Part shown: piece after piece, positions 17,139 to 32,513 of the stretch
Layout of the letters: the number at the start of each line of letters is the position of its first letter
Position numbering within the stretch: the stretch's first letter is position 1
Source of the DNA: Chrysomallon squamiferum
Taxonomy: Eukaryota > Animalia > Mollusca
Assembly (NCBI GenBank): GCA_012295275.1
Contig: CM022667.1
Coordinates: 7,006,001 to 7,070,000, forward strand
Length of the DNA stretch: 64,000 nucleotides
Reading direction: 5' to 3'
Program-made: the position numbers and the translations under genes
The notes under the pieces: generated by a model
Databases searched by the model: none
Told to the model about the DNA's origin: nothing
The model's input: only the letters and a program-made list of their open reading frames with translations

Positions 17139-20100
17139 TCAAGATTCATACGTGTACAGTGAATTATATTTCAGAGATTTTGGAATGTACAAACAACTTG
17201 TGTTGTGTTCCCACAGTTCCAAGTCATCGTCACACTGTTTGCTCCACCTCAGAGTATTAACATCAAACTTGTCTACACTTCTGCATTTCTGTCTGTATTT
17301 CCCGTTACGCCAGCCGCCAATAACGTACACTTCGCTGTTCAGCAGTGTGTAGGTTGCATACAGTCGACACTCGTTCAGAGATGCAACCGTTTGCCACACC
17401 ATACTATCGATGTCGTAGCAGTCTATGGACGATGCCAGGACCCTCTGTCGTGTGTTGGGGTCACAGTACCAGCCTCCAATAACGAAAATCTTCCTATCAT
17501 GTGCAAACATGGCATGGTCAGCTCGTGCTACGAGCAGAGAAGAGCCTCGTTCCCATTGGTTACTACTCGAGTTGAAGCACCAGACGTCATCAAGGACATC
17601 TTCATCCTCCTGGAAACCACCAGAAATATAGAGTCGATTGTTGTGAGTTGTACCTGCATGTTGCGTCCTACTTCCTGGCAGAGGTTCAATGTTTTCCCAT
17701 TTGTCAGTATCTGGATCATACCGCTCACAGGGAGCACCCTGCAGTTGAATGTCTGATGCATATGGATCCCCTCCTATTGCATACAAGTTGTTCTCTGCCA
17801 CTCCTAGCACAAAACGACATCGCTCCTGGGTCATCTGAGCAATGCTCTGCCATCTGTCCTCTTTAGGATCGTAGCAGAATCCAAAAGGATGAATAACTTC
17901 CTGCATCTGATCATTGAAACATCCACCTACAATGTACAGTTTGTTGTTATGTGTGGCCATGCCAAAGTTACACTGGTCCACATGAGGTATTTTGGTCAGG
18001 CATTTAAGAGAAGAGGTGAACTTGTCCAGAAACCAAATACTGCTAGTCATCCCACTCTCATTACTGAAGCCACCGGCTACTAACACCGTCTGTTCGTATC
18101 CACGTAGATTGTTTAGTCCTGGAACAGTGTTCCTTGCTAAACTGTAAGTAGATGAATCTGCGAGTGCGCAGTGTTTGCTACAATCTGCTGTCATGATCAG
18201 AGAATTTACCATATTTGAAAGACTTGGTACTTTAGAACATACGTTTAGAAACACACGTTTGCTACTAGCACACTTCATATCCAGCACACTGATATTTTCA
18301 AATAATACTTGGTTCAGTAATTGTAAAGTTGAGTCCATCCTTGTCTCAGCGTCATGATCAACCCAGTAGAGGAGTGAAAGAAAAACATCAACCTCTCTGC
18401 AGTCGACAGGGAAACCTGAACTGAGAATCGTAATAAGCTGGGATTGTCGTAGTCGGTGAAAGTCACAAGACTTGGACAAAATGAGCCAGTTTTTACACAT
18501 AAACTGGAAGACAAACTGCTCAAGTGGCTTCAAGGAATACAACTCTGCAACGTTGGCTATGTCAACACAGTTGTTGAGAGACAGGTGTTTCTTGAGGTAA
18601 TCTTCACAGGCTGTGATGACAGGCACTATCTGAGTGTGACTAGCGGCAGCAAGGACATCAACCACATTGTCTGAAATAATAATAATAACAACAAAAAGGA
18701 CAACAACAATAACAATAACTGTAACAATAATACTATTACTGATAAAAAAATAAGAAAAATTAAACCAACAACAATATACAATGTAATAATACTCTTACTG
18801 ATAAAAAATATCAAGAAGAATGAAAGCAGCAACAATATACAATGTAATAATACTATTACTGATAAAAAATAACAAGAAGAATGAAAGCAACACCAGTATA
18901 GAATGTAATAATAATGATACTAATAATGGTTCGTTCCGTTTCAAATCACACAATGGGTTAAACCCGACAATCTCAGATTTTTATGAAACTTAGTATACTT
19001 GTTGATCGGGACCAATCGGACCAGTGATGTGGGAGAGATGCCCTCCGCCCTAAACTTTTGAGATTTTCTGCCAAACGGGCTGTGACCACCAACTTTTGAA
19101 CCCTCATGTCTCAGGAACTACTGGTCCAATCTTCATAAAATTGGTTTTGTTCCCATTATTGTTAATTTGGAGAATGTTGAGGTACACTGACTTTTAGACG
19201 TTTGTTACGACCTTGAAATTGAAATAGTGGATCACACGACCTTGAGATGACCTTTCTTGAAATTTAATCTCCCACATGTTAACCAAAATATATAAAAGTT
19301 TCAGAGGTCCAATCGTTTTTGTTTAGGCACAGTCTTGATTTTAAATATGCATACCTGCATGGATAATTGATGCAATGCATGACAATCTACATTTTTTACA
19401 TGTATAGACTTCTCTGAGACCAAAAGCTCATCTGTGAAATCAAAATCCACCTGACGTGTCTGAAGGAATTCCTCAAGGAAATGAAAAGATGCCAAATGGC
19501 ATGACGTGTTCTACACAATCAGGCCCAAAGGGTTAACAGAAAGAGTGGATTCAGGCATGTCAGGAACTCCTTGAAATCCCTTGGTGAAATCCCCACTGAG
19601 CACATGTCAATTAGAGGTTTCTACTACTAATTCTTCTACTACTCTGTCTATTTCCACTACCTGTTGTTCCTAACTGTTTCTACTAATACTACATCTTCCT
19701 CTACTGGTATTAGTACCAGTGATGTAGTTACTTCTAGAACTGCTGTTACTATTATAACTCCCAGTAAGCTCCTGTTATTACCTTCACCTCACTACTACAA
19801 CTACTACTACTACGACTACCACTACTACTACTACAACTATTAGTACTACGACTACCACCTCCACAACTGATATAACTTCTACCACCACCAGTACTTCTAC
19901 CATTACTACTGTTACTAATGGTGCTATTACTACTTTTATTATTAGAACTAGTACTGTCACCATCATCGCGAATACTGCTACGTTTGTTATCATAAATACT
20001 GTTACCACCTCTACTACTAGTAGCATCACCACTGTATCAACAACTACTACAATAGCTATTTCTGGCACTACTTCTTCAACTAGCACTATAATTAATCCTA

Positions 20101-23100
20101 CCACTTCTTCTAGTACTACTAATTATACTAACATTCCCTCTACATTACTATTATATGCCACTACTACTACTACTACATCTATGAGACTACTTCCACGATT
20201 TCTGCTACTACTTGAGGCTTTAATATTGCTTTAATTATTATTATGATTATTGTTATGATCATCATCATCATTATTATTACTCGCAGTAGTAGTAATAATA
20301 CTAGTACTACTACTAGAATACAAATACTTCTATGGGTATTACAACACTGATACTTTTACAACTACAACTTCGACTATTGTTACATCAACTAGTATTATGT
20401 CTAATATAAGAATAGTGATACATTTACTAGTACTATGACCACTATATTTTAAAGCAATACAGTGATTATTCCTGAGATAAAGCTAGTCTCAAGATGAATT
20501 CAGTTCACAGCGCTATTTCGTGACACTGATGGCAGTGCTGGACCATATAAAAATAAGAACAATTGTGTTAACCTGTGCCATCATGAAGAGGACTTTGGGT
20601 TGGAAAGTCATTTCAGTTATGGCCAAACGAAGAAGACACTTGTTGGATTAGTGAAGGGGACATCTCCTGTTGCATCTTCTTTTGATACACCTTCTACTGC
20701 AGCTTCTCGAGCGATGTACTCTATGTAAAAAGGATGATGCTAGAATTGCAAGACTATGGGGGAAGTGGTGACAAGTCAGTGAAGGAAGTAGTTTGATATA
20801 ATATTATCGTAGCATGTAGGCCTACAATGTATTACCTGGTGATCAAGAGAAATGTTGATTCGTAGCATGAGGAATTGGTCGTTCAGGTTTTAGCTAATCA
20901 AAGGTTAGTGGCAGAAAAACATTATTTTCATGGACGTGTAATTTTTGAATGTGTATTGCTGCTAAACAAAGAAAATTACACCTCTGAAACTTTTATATGT
21001 TTTAGTTAACATGTGGGAGATTAAGTTTCAAGAAAGGACATCACAAGGTCAAGATCAAGGTCATAACAAAGGTCTAAAGGTCAGTGCACCCCAACATTCT
21101 TCAAATTGAACAATAATGGCAGATTTGGAATCCTTGTCATATTGCCTTTTCAACAATACCAATTTTATGAAGATTGGCCCAGTAGTTCCTGAGACAGAAG
21201 GTTCAAAGGTTGGTGGTTTAAAAAATATATTTTTCGGGGGTGATTTGACACGGATTGAACCTAATGGTAATGAATGTATAATTTAATAATTATAGAAAAA
21301 ATCTTTATCTAGATTATGTTTAGTGTCTGCTGTTTGTCAGTGAGGGTTGGGGCGGTACTTGAGTTAAAAACATGATGATACTAACCACAGTGAATATTGC
21401 TCTTTGATGTGTACGCAAATTCAATAAGGTTGGCCATTCCCTTTGCTGTGACACCATTCAGCACAATTTCATCTTCGTGACATTCTTTTAGTCCATCCGT
21501 AAACATTGCTCTGAACATTTCAAAACAAATAAATTAATTAATTAATAAATTAGAAAGTAAGGTAAATAAATAAATAAAAGATACTCAGCTTATTCAGTCT
21601 GTGTTTGGTAATTACACACATAACAATAACGAAGCTGATAATGCTCAATAAGACAATAGCTGTCAACTTCAGTACATTTAGTGTAATTTAAATTTTACCT
21701 CGAATACTCAGAACGTTTATTTCACTCATAAAACTCATCTGTAAGTATCAGTATGTTCTATGTATTCATAAAACTGAACTGTAACTGGTCAGTATGTTAA
21801 CTTTACTCAAAACACTCATCTGTATATATTCACTGTATTCATTCTACTGATAAGGTTCAACTGTTAATACCGAGTACACTCATCGAACTTATAAAACTGA
21901 GCCGTAAACATTCACCATGTTCATTTCAATCGTATATCTGGAATAAATAGAGTCACTACATATATAATATATACAAGGAGGAACGGTATTGTTTATGGTG
22001 TTATTGGTGAAATGAATGTACAGTATTACTGGTGTAAAACAGTATGGTATTACTGGTGTAATGACTGGTGTAATGACTGTACAGTCTAACTGATGTAATG
22101 ACTGTACAGTATGACTGGTGTAATGTCTGTACAGGGTGACTGGTGTAATCACTGTACAGCGTGACTGCTTTAATAACTGCAGTATCACTGGTGTAATGAC
22201 TGTACAGTATCACTGGTGTAATGACTGTACAGTCTAACTGATGTAATGAATGGACAGTATGATTCGTGAAATGACTATACAATGTGACTGTTCTAATGAC
22301 TGTACAGTATGACTGGTCTAATGACTGTACAGTATGACTGGTGTAATGACTGTACAGTATGACTGGTGTAATCACTGTACAGTATCACTGGTGTAATGAC
22401 TGTACAGCGTGACTGCTTTAATGACTACAGTATGGCTGGTGTAATGATTGTACAGTACAACTGGTGTATGAATGTACAGGAATCTGGTGTAATTACTGTA
22501 CAGCAATACTGGTGAAATGACTGTACAGTATGACTAGCGTAATAACTGTACATCGTGACTGGTCTAATGACTGTTGTAATGAGTACAGTATGACTGGTCT
22601 AATAACTGTACCGTATGAGTGGTGTAACGACTGTACAATATGACTGGTCTAATGACTGTACAGTATGACTGGTCTAATGACTGTACAGTATGAGTGGTGT
22701 AATCACTGTACAGTATGACTGGTGTAATGAATGTACAGTGTGACTGGTGTAATGACTGTACAATATCACTGGTGTAATGACTGTACAGTGTGACTGGTGT
22801 AATGACTGTACAGTATGACTGTTGTAATTACTACAGTGTGACTGGTGTAATCAATATACAGTGTGACTGGTGTAATGAATGTATAGTATGACAGGTCTAA
22901 TGACTGTTGTAATGACTACAGTATGACTGGTCTAATGACTGTACAGTATGAGTGGTGTAACGACTGTACAGTATGACTGGTCTAATGACTGTACAGTATG
23001 ACTGGTCTAATGACTGTACAGTATGAGTGGTGTAATCACTGTACAGTGTGACTGGTGTAATGACTGTACAGTTTGACTGGTGTAATGAATGTACAGTGTG

Positions 23101-24662
23101 ACTGGTGTAATGACTGTACAATATGACTGGTGTAATGACTGTTCAGTGTGACTGGTCTAATGACTGTACAGTGTGACTGGTTTAATGACTGTACAGTGTG
23201 ACTGGTGTAATGACTGTACAGTATGACTGGTCTAATGACTGTACAGTGTTACTGGTGTAATGACTACAGTATGACTGGTGTAATGACTGTACAGTATTAC
23301 TGGTGTAATGACTGTACAGTATGACTGGTCTAATGACTGTACAGTATGACTGGTCTAATGACTTACAGTATGACTGGTCTAATGACTGTACAGTGTGACT
23401 GGTGTAATGATTGTACAGTGTGACTGGTGTAATGACTGTACAGTGTGACTGGTCTAATGACTGTACAGTGTGACTGGTCTAATGACTGTACAGTGTGACT
23501 GGTCTAATGAGTGTACAGTGTGACTGGTGTAATGACTGTACAGTGTGACTGGTGTAATGACTGTACAGAGTGACTGGTGTAATGACTGTACAGTGTGACT
23601 GGTGTAATGACTGTACAGTGTGACTGGTCTAATGACTGTACAGTATGACTGGTGTAATGACTGTTCAGAGTGACTGGTCTAATGACTGTACAGTGTGACT
23701 GGTTTAATGACTGTACAGTGTGACTGGTCTAATGACTGTACAGTGTGACTGGTGTAATGACTGTACAGTATGACTGGTCTAATGACTGTACAGTGTGACT
23801 GGTGTAATGACTACAGTATGACTGGTGTAATGACTGTACAGTATTACTGGTGTAATGACTGTACAGTATGACTGGTCTAATGACTGTACAGTATGACTGG
23901 TCTAATGACTTACAGTATGACTGGTCTAATGACTGTACAGTGTGACTGGTGTAATGATTGTACAGTGTGACTGGTGTAATGACTGTACAGTGTGACTGGT
24001 CTAATGACTGTACAGTGTGACTGGTCTAATGACTGTACAATATGACTGGTCTAATGATTGTACAGTGTGACTGGTGTAATGACTGTATAGTGTGACTGGT
24101 GTAATGACTGTACAGAGTGACTGGTGTAATGACTGTACAGTGTGACTGGTGTAATGACTGTACAGTGTGACTGGTCTAATGACTGTACAGTATGACTGGT
24201 CTAATGACTGTACAGTGTGACTGGTCTAATGACTGTAGAGTATGACTAGTCTAATGACTGTACAGTGTGACTGGTGTAATGACTGTACAGTATGACTGGT
24301 CTAATGACTGTACAGTGTGACTGGTCTAATGACTTACAGTATGACTGGTCTAATGACTGTACAGTATGACTGGTGAAGTGACTCTACTACTGGTTTACTG
24401 AACAATCTCTAGTCTCATGATGCTCAGAATACAGATAACCTTCTACATGATGGTAACACAATTCATCATAAATTAAATATTCAGACCTGAAGTAGTCACT
24501 ACAAGATGCTAGTACTACTCTGTGAGCAGGAAGTTTTTGCTTCTCAACTACAAGGACAACATCAAACAGCAGATGTCTGTCACGTAGATGTCGCAGTCCT
24601 GCCAGTAGTACATCTCCATGATTTGTGGCTTTGAACTCAAATGAGTCTCCTTGACCTTCCAT
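17139..24662 (-). CDS. KLHL26: Kelch-like BTB-BACK-Kelch protein (KLHL26-like, CUL3 adaptor family), 610 aa
   Basis: Exons 24662-24487 (LFDVVLVVEKQKLPAHRVVLASCSDYFR), 21510-21386 (AMFTDGLKE...LIEFAYTS), 18670-17139 (BACK plus six GG...Y...W Kelch repeats) total 1833 nt in frame. The family is secure; the orthologue name is tentative. Confidence 0.9.
18928..21261. mobile_element. Non-autonomous DNA transposon with long imperfect terminal inverted repeats, in KLHL intron 2
   Basis: Left end GGTTCGTTCCGTTTCAAATCAC; right end (reverse complement) GGTTCAATCCGTGTCAAATCAC; TAAT on both flanks. Inner inverted blocks 19086-19145 vs 21158-21216 and 19240-19308 vs 20980-21049. No transposase ORF. Confidence 0.8.
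19620..20445. repeat. Degenerate (ACT)n low-complexity tract inside the transposon
   Basis: CTA/ACT-rich sequence giving a Val-rich spurious ORF at 19784-20104. Confidence 0.8.
22020..24375. repeat. 25-bp minisatellite (~90 copies) in KLHL intron 1
   Basis: Unit TGACTGGTGTAATGACTGTACAGTG; period 25 (23521 to 23546). Confidence 0.95.
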
Positions 24663-25469
24663 TTCAGGTCAGCACAAACTAAAAGTAAATAAATAAATAA
24701 ATATATAAATAAATAGCAGTTTCTCTTATTAACTTATAATCATAGCTTTTGTTATTAGGGTATAGTATGACATATTACTAATATAGTTTCTTTTACTAAC
24801 ATAAAGTATAATATATTATTAATATAATTTAACTTGACTAAGATATATATTATAATATGTATTATATAACTTAGTTATTGTTATTTAGCTAATGTATTAA
24901 TTTATAATATATTATTAAGATAGTTTCTGTTACTAAGATAATATTACAAACTGCTGATATAGTTTCTTTTATTAATATAATATATATTAATATAATTTCT
25001 TATTAAGATAAAGTAATAGTGATAAAGTGTTTAAAGATTTATAGTGATATTACTAATAATTATAATTTCTGCTAATAATATAATTATTCAGCTGGTAATG
25101 CAGTTTCTCTGAGTAAGTTATATATGACATGTAATTAAGTCAGTTTTGTTATAAAGAAAAGTGTGTATGTGATCTCATGGTAAAATAACATATATGACTA
25201 GTAATTTTATATACTTGTTTAAGTCTAGATACCCAAAAGACTTGTGTAAGTCTATGCACTTGTAAAAAGCTACGTGAGCTGCTTCAGTTCTGTCAAACAG
25301 AACAGACTGATTTGTCAGCCTCTTGGATCAATGTTAATATTTAAGCAACATCAATACTATGATGATGTTGCTGACTTTCAAACAAACATTTCTGTTATTG
25401 TTAGAATGCACAAATACAAGATTAGTTTTCTCATCTGACGATTTAGTTATCCCTGAAATATAGGTATGC

Positions 25470-25526
<57 letters not shown>

Positions 25527-25637
25527 CTTGACTTATTCCAGTCATAGAGATAACTACTTTAAATTTTTTTTTTTTTTATTTATTTATTATAATTATTTTA
25601 TTTTATTGTATATATGTTTGTACATGTGAATGTGTAT

Positions 25638-25671
<34 letters not shown>

Positions 25672-26085
25672 TAGTCATTACTTTTTTAATGTCTTTAAAT
25701 GGGTTTATTTTTTTATTTTTTTATTTTTCTACTAATTAAATGAATGTACACCACATGCTTAAGACAAAATGGGTAACAGATCGTAACTGCATTTGAAATA
25801 AATAACTAAATTAAGCGTAATATGACATCAAATTAACTTTAAATATAAATTATTTACGTTTTTTAAATTTCTATAATTTATACTGAAAGTAACATTTAAC
25901 TGAAGCAATAATTAAAAGAAAAAACAAACAAACAACAGACAGACAGACAAACAGATAAGGAATGATCGAGTAGTAATTAGTACTCGCTAAAATTCCATAA
26001 TCGTGAATCGTGTTTCTTTCTCTCAATAGTGGATAAATCAGGTTACCGTCTGCTTCGTGACGATGGTTTTAAGCCAAACCCTTAC

Positions 26086-26330
26086 CTAGTTACAGTGCTG
26101 ATCGATGCAGGGCGCGGTGAACGGCAGCCTAATCGTAACGTCTTGTCACATATTTGTCACATGGATAGTAACGGGACACACTAATGGACGAAAGCACACA
26201 AGCGTCCGTCCAGGAACAATAGTTACTTTGACGGCGTTTTGTTGTGAAGCGCTTCCGATATGTAACGACATTACTCGGCGTTTGTGTAGGTGCTAAAAAT
26301 AGCATAGCTCGGACAATATCGACACTTTCC
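26086..26330 (-). promoter_or_regulatory. Probable KLHL promoter and non-coding first exon
   Basis: CpG-rich island with donor CTAG|GTAAGG at 26086/26085. An acceptor TTTTAG| lies 16 nt upstream of the ATG (exon start ~24678). The 5' end is not defined. Confidence 0.45.
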
Positions 26331-26457
26331 GGAGAGTTTAAAATTAGATCCGTGTAGAAAGCAATATTATTTGTCTTTTAATATATCAATTTTTATGGTA
26401 TATAGAATTTTTTCAAATCAAAAGATCATCAGTTACTCACTATATGTATTAAACTCA

Positions 26458-26565
<108 letters not shown>

Positions 26566-26769
26566 AATGTATATGTACATGAACAGCTGAGACACAACAT
26601 TACATAAAACCAAAATCATATTAAATTATTAGCCTGTGAATATTAATGAATAAAAGTATATATGCTAAAAGAATAAATAAATAAAAATACAAAAATCAAT
26701 AAAACAATCATACAGAAAACTTATAAAGAGCTGACACGGGCTGTGTTATGCTTTATGACAATCAGGAAG

Positions 26770-28200
<1,431 letters not shown>

Positions 28201-28529
28201 TTAGTTTATATCAACATCCGTGTGTACCTAACTATGTGACAATTCAAAAGAAATAAACAGAAATATATATGTATATCCACCCCGATATTTCTAATCCTCC
28301 TTCCTGCTTCAACAAAAATACCTTTGTGATATTTAATACTATTTATTTTATAAAACTAAACTTCAATAAATTAAGCTTATATATATATATATGTATGTAT
28401 GTATGAATGTATATATATATGTATGAATGTATGTACGTGTGTGTATATATATGTACGTATGTATGTATGTATGTGTGTGTGTATATATTTATATTTATAT
28501 ATATGAATGCATATGGGAATAAAGCAATG

Positions 28530-28565
<36 letters not shown>

Positions 28566-28609
28566 CAAAAAAGCCCACCAACAAATCATAGCCATTCAAA
28601 CAATCACCA

Positions 28610-28692
<83 letters not shown>

Positions 28693-28785
28693 AAAGTAAC
28701 CGGTATAATTACAATGACATGTACGTATATTTGAAAATACAATCCAAACTAGCTAGTATACAAGACTGTAAGATTGTTCTTTTTA

Positions 28786-29686
28786 TCACGTCTTGTTGAC
28801 GTTCGTGTCTTCATGTATCTTCCGTGCGTCTTGTGGGATCAGGTTTGGGATTCCGTTGATGATAGGGTAGGCCACGCCCATCTCGTCACAGATCAGTAGC
28901 TGTGAGTCCTTGTCGTACCTGCAAATAACAGTTTTAGTACCTATTTGAGACCACGTTTTTTCATCCTGCAATGTCTGGCGTAGAGATTGTCAAATCTGTG
29001 GGAAGGTATAAATAAATAATTTGTTGCTGCTAATCAATAAAAATGGCAGCAATGTTTAATTTCAGATCATCATGAAAATATCTATGTTTGACAAATATTA
29101 ACAAAAGCGTTCTGAGTTATTTAAATAAATATATATTTATTCATTAGTTTCAGCATTTCAGTTAATGTTTTATATATGTATAGGTGCATTTCTTTTTATA
29201 ATAAGACTGTTAATGTGTTGGTTTTTTTTTTTTTTAGGTTTATTCTTTTGTGTGTGTGTATGGGTTTTTAAATGTAATTTACTAATTTACTCAATTTAAA
29301 ACAGAATCATTCACTACACATTTCATACAACAAAAATTCTTTAAAAAACCAACAACAGATAAATAAATAAATAAATAAACGTAACAAAAAAAAAAAAAAA
29401 AAAAATAATAATAATAATAATAATAAGGGTCAGAAGAATTAACGTCGCATTGAAAATACCTAATACTCTTCCTACATTCAATCAAACACTCAACATTGTA
29501 TTACCTTAGTGGTTTTTTTGATAAAGGACAAACTAAATACTCCAGCATTTTTTCATCAAATTTGTGAGTATCAGGAGATTTTTCATTATCCGAGAGTCTT
29601 TTCAGAGTCGTAGTGAATTGTCTCTCAGCTGAGACGAGATCAACGAGACAGCTCCGAACGGATCCTGTTGAACAAAAACTGAACAT
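28786..29686 (-). CDS. PYURF: Protein preY, mitochondrial (Trm112-like/UPF0434), ~104 aa
   Basis: Exons 29686-29505 and 28918-28786 join in frame: FDEKMLEYLVCPLSKKPLR|YDKDSQLLICDEMGVAYPIINGIPNLIPQDAR. The start codon is tentative. Confidence 0.9.
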
Positions 29687-29689
29687 GAT

Positions 29690-30257
29690 TATCTTTAAAA
29701 AGTATTAGATTCTTGTTAGTATGTTTGTTTGTGTGTCTCTTATAAAGAGATATTTTATTCATTATGATTTTAATATGTATAATTCATTTATTTTATTTTA
29801 TTTTATTTTTTACTGATTTAAACATATTCGTGGTACCTAGTATTATTACTACTTAGAGAATTAAATGGACGTGTCTTTAGCAAGGTCACAAACGGTATCG
29901 TATAAAGAGACTTTCTTTCGGTCACTCTTGCTTGAAAGCCATTCAGATTAAATTAAAAAATGCTACAAAATTCCGTTGCCGATATTAAATTTAAATAAGA
30001 ATAGAAAGTAACTCAAATATACCTACTTATAAAAAGAAATTTAGTTTTCGCGATTATCATTTTGTAGACTATCTCCCGGTTCAAGTTGCTGCTTATGTCG
30101 TTGCTCGTGTAAACGTAAGGTGTTTCAGTAAACCAGTCTAGACATGGCGATCACTGAACGAAAACAAAAACGAGTGTAAAATGTAGTTAAATTTATAAAT
30201 TGCTGTCTAGCTTCACAGTAACATTTCAGTTGAAATAGTTATCGCTGTATTGAAATC
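29690..30257. promoter_or_regulatory. Bidirectional promoter region, PYURF/POP4
   Basis: Divergent ATGs ~570 bp apart; locally CpG-richer; YY1-like ACATGGCG at ~30142. Confidence 0.55.
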
Positions 30258-32513
30258 ATGGATAAAAACGCTTCTGAAGGTAATATTAATAAATCCGAAA
30301 AATAATAACAATGTAATAGTTATTTTCAAAATTGTTTTCTACAAAACTGAATTATTCAATATATATATATATTTAAAAAATAAAAAATAAAACAAAAAAG
30401 TATAATCAAATATAATTAAATTATCACATTTGCGCCCGAGTAATATATTTGTACACACACACATATATATGTAATATAATGATAGTTATACAACTTATAG
30501 ATAGATAACATTACTTTGTTTCAGGAACTCTCTACAGCAGTCTTCCAGCATCAGTAGTTACTCACAGCTCACATCTTGGTTTAAAAGTCAGTTAATTACC
30601 TCTCAATATTCATACCTCTATGTGTTGTACATCACACCAACACACTCTTCCCTGTATCAGGAACATTTACCTTCAAAATAAACACACACAAAATCAAACA
30701 TTTTAACCTTCATTTCCTGAAACTGTGTTCTTACATATTTACCTCAAATAATTCTTATTTTAAACTTTGTACCTGTTCAAATCGGACTATTAATATCACA
30801 AATCTGTAATTATTCTTGTATAATTTCTAAACATGAGATTTTGGTGCTAAGTAAATTCTGTTTTTCAGTCAAGTTTCACAAAAAATAAAAAGGAAGAATT
30901 TATTGCTGCCTTTTTGAAAAAGAATGTTCCAAAGTTTTACATGAAAGAAGGAGAAGACACATTACAGTATAAATGTCTTATTCTTGACAAAATAAACAAA
31001 CACAAGAAAGAGAAAATTAAAGTTAAAAAGAAGAGAGGTATTTCAAGAAAAGAAAGAAGAACTCTGTTTGACCTTAAAAAAGAGGGTCACAGGTAGGAAT
31101 TTGTCTTTATTTTTTTAAATGTATATAAACTTAATTTCATCTTTGATCTTCTTATATTAGATACACCACCAAGTTGTTCCTCTTTTACTTACTACAAATC
31201 TTCACACCATTTAAAGCTAAACTATGAATGTGTGTATCCATGGTGGTCTGTGTTGCTGCATGTGTTACTGTATTTCTGATTTTTGATTCTGAATTTCATT
31301 TTGTTCAGGTATGTTGATTACATCACACTTCAGGATTTGTGGCAGAACTACATAAAGGAGGTAATACAATTTAAAAAGTAAGTGTGTTTTTGTTTTTTTT
31401 AAATACATTTTGTGCATGTGTAAACTTAAATACATTTTTTAATATCACACTGACACTACTATCATGTCATCAAATACTGTTTTGAGTTTAGACTGAAAAA
31501 GTTTGACATTTAATTACATTTATATCACTTAAAGAAAGATGTGGCAGAATAAAACACAAAAATCTAAAATTAATTAAAAAACAGTTTTTCTATCATAGTG
31601 ACTTTTACTTGTGACATCCACTCTGCTCATAGACCTCATGTTTTTTTATCACCTGTCTTTTAAACGCTGTTAATGTTCACTGTTAGTAGCAGGCACAGGA
31701 TTGTTTTGTTGAAAAATAATGTGATTAATGATATTTTTTAACAAATTATTAAAAAAAATATGTTGAATTTTTGCAAAATAACATTGTGTCATTATTTCAT
31801 TCAGAATTCAGAAATTGTTAGTTAGATTACTGCAGATCATTACATAGATAAAAACTTTTTCGTTGTTTCTAGTAATTTGTTTTCAATGTAGATTAAATGA
31901 TAAGAACATGCGAATGGCAGAAGAAACGTTTCTTAAGTCAGATCTCCATGGTGCCATCCTCACTGTCCGTAAATCCCTGTGTCCGTCATATGTTGGTGTG
32001 TCTGGCATTGTACTGCAGGAATCTCGAAACACTTTCAAAATTATCACCAAAGAAAACAAGTTAAAAAGTAAGTCATGTCTTTAAAAACTGGTACTTTGTT
32101 TTGAACACTTAAATGTTTTGAGTTTATAAAAAACATTTTGTTTTAATACTTTATAAAATGTTTTTATATTAAAGAGTATTCTGGACGCGAAGACGTAATG
32201 TTATTACTGTGGAAGACAGATAATATTTGTGTAAATTGAAAATAAATGTTTGAAAAGCCTGGAGGGATTTGTGAAAACTGATCTAAGGGCTTAATTATTT
32301 CACATTTAAACAAATATATATAATTATTATAATTTGTTTTAGCAGGTTAATTTTGTGAAAGTTATGTTTTTGACAGCAATACCCAAGTTGAACAGTGTGT
32401 TTACAACAGAGGTGGCCGGCTTTGTGTTCACAGTTCATGGAAACCATTTCAGAGTGAAGCCATTTGAAAGAGTAAACAAGAAATTTAAAAGGAAATCAAC
32501 AACAGAATTGTAA
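30258..32513 (+). CDS. POP4: Ribonuclease P/MRP protein subunit p29, 229 aa
   Basis: Exons 30258-30279, 30525-30586, 30869-31092, 31309-31377, 31892-32067, 32377-32513 total 690 nt in frame. Motifs LWQNYI, LKSDLHGAILTVRKSLCPSYVGVSGIVLQESRNTF, IPKLNSVF...HGNHFRVKPFERVNKKFK. Confidence 0.93.

Noticed and set aside
17205-18674. Plus-strand and alternate-frame ORFs overlapping KLHL exon 3
   Set aside because: Shadow ORFs of a real coding exon
22020-24375. CRISPR-like appearance of regular arrays (also 39805-41398, 53952-55276)
   Set aside because: Head-to-tail units without unique spacers, no cas genes, eukaryotic intronic context
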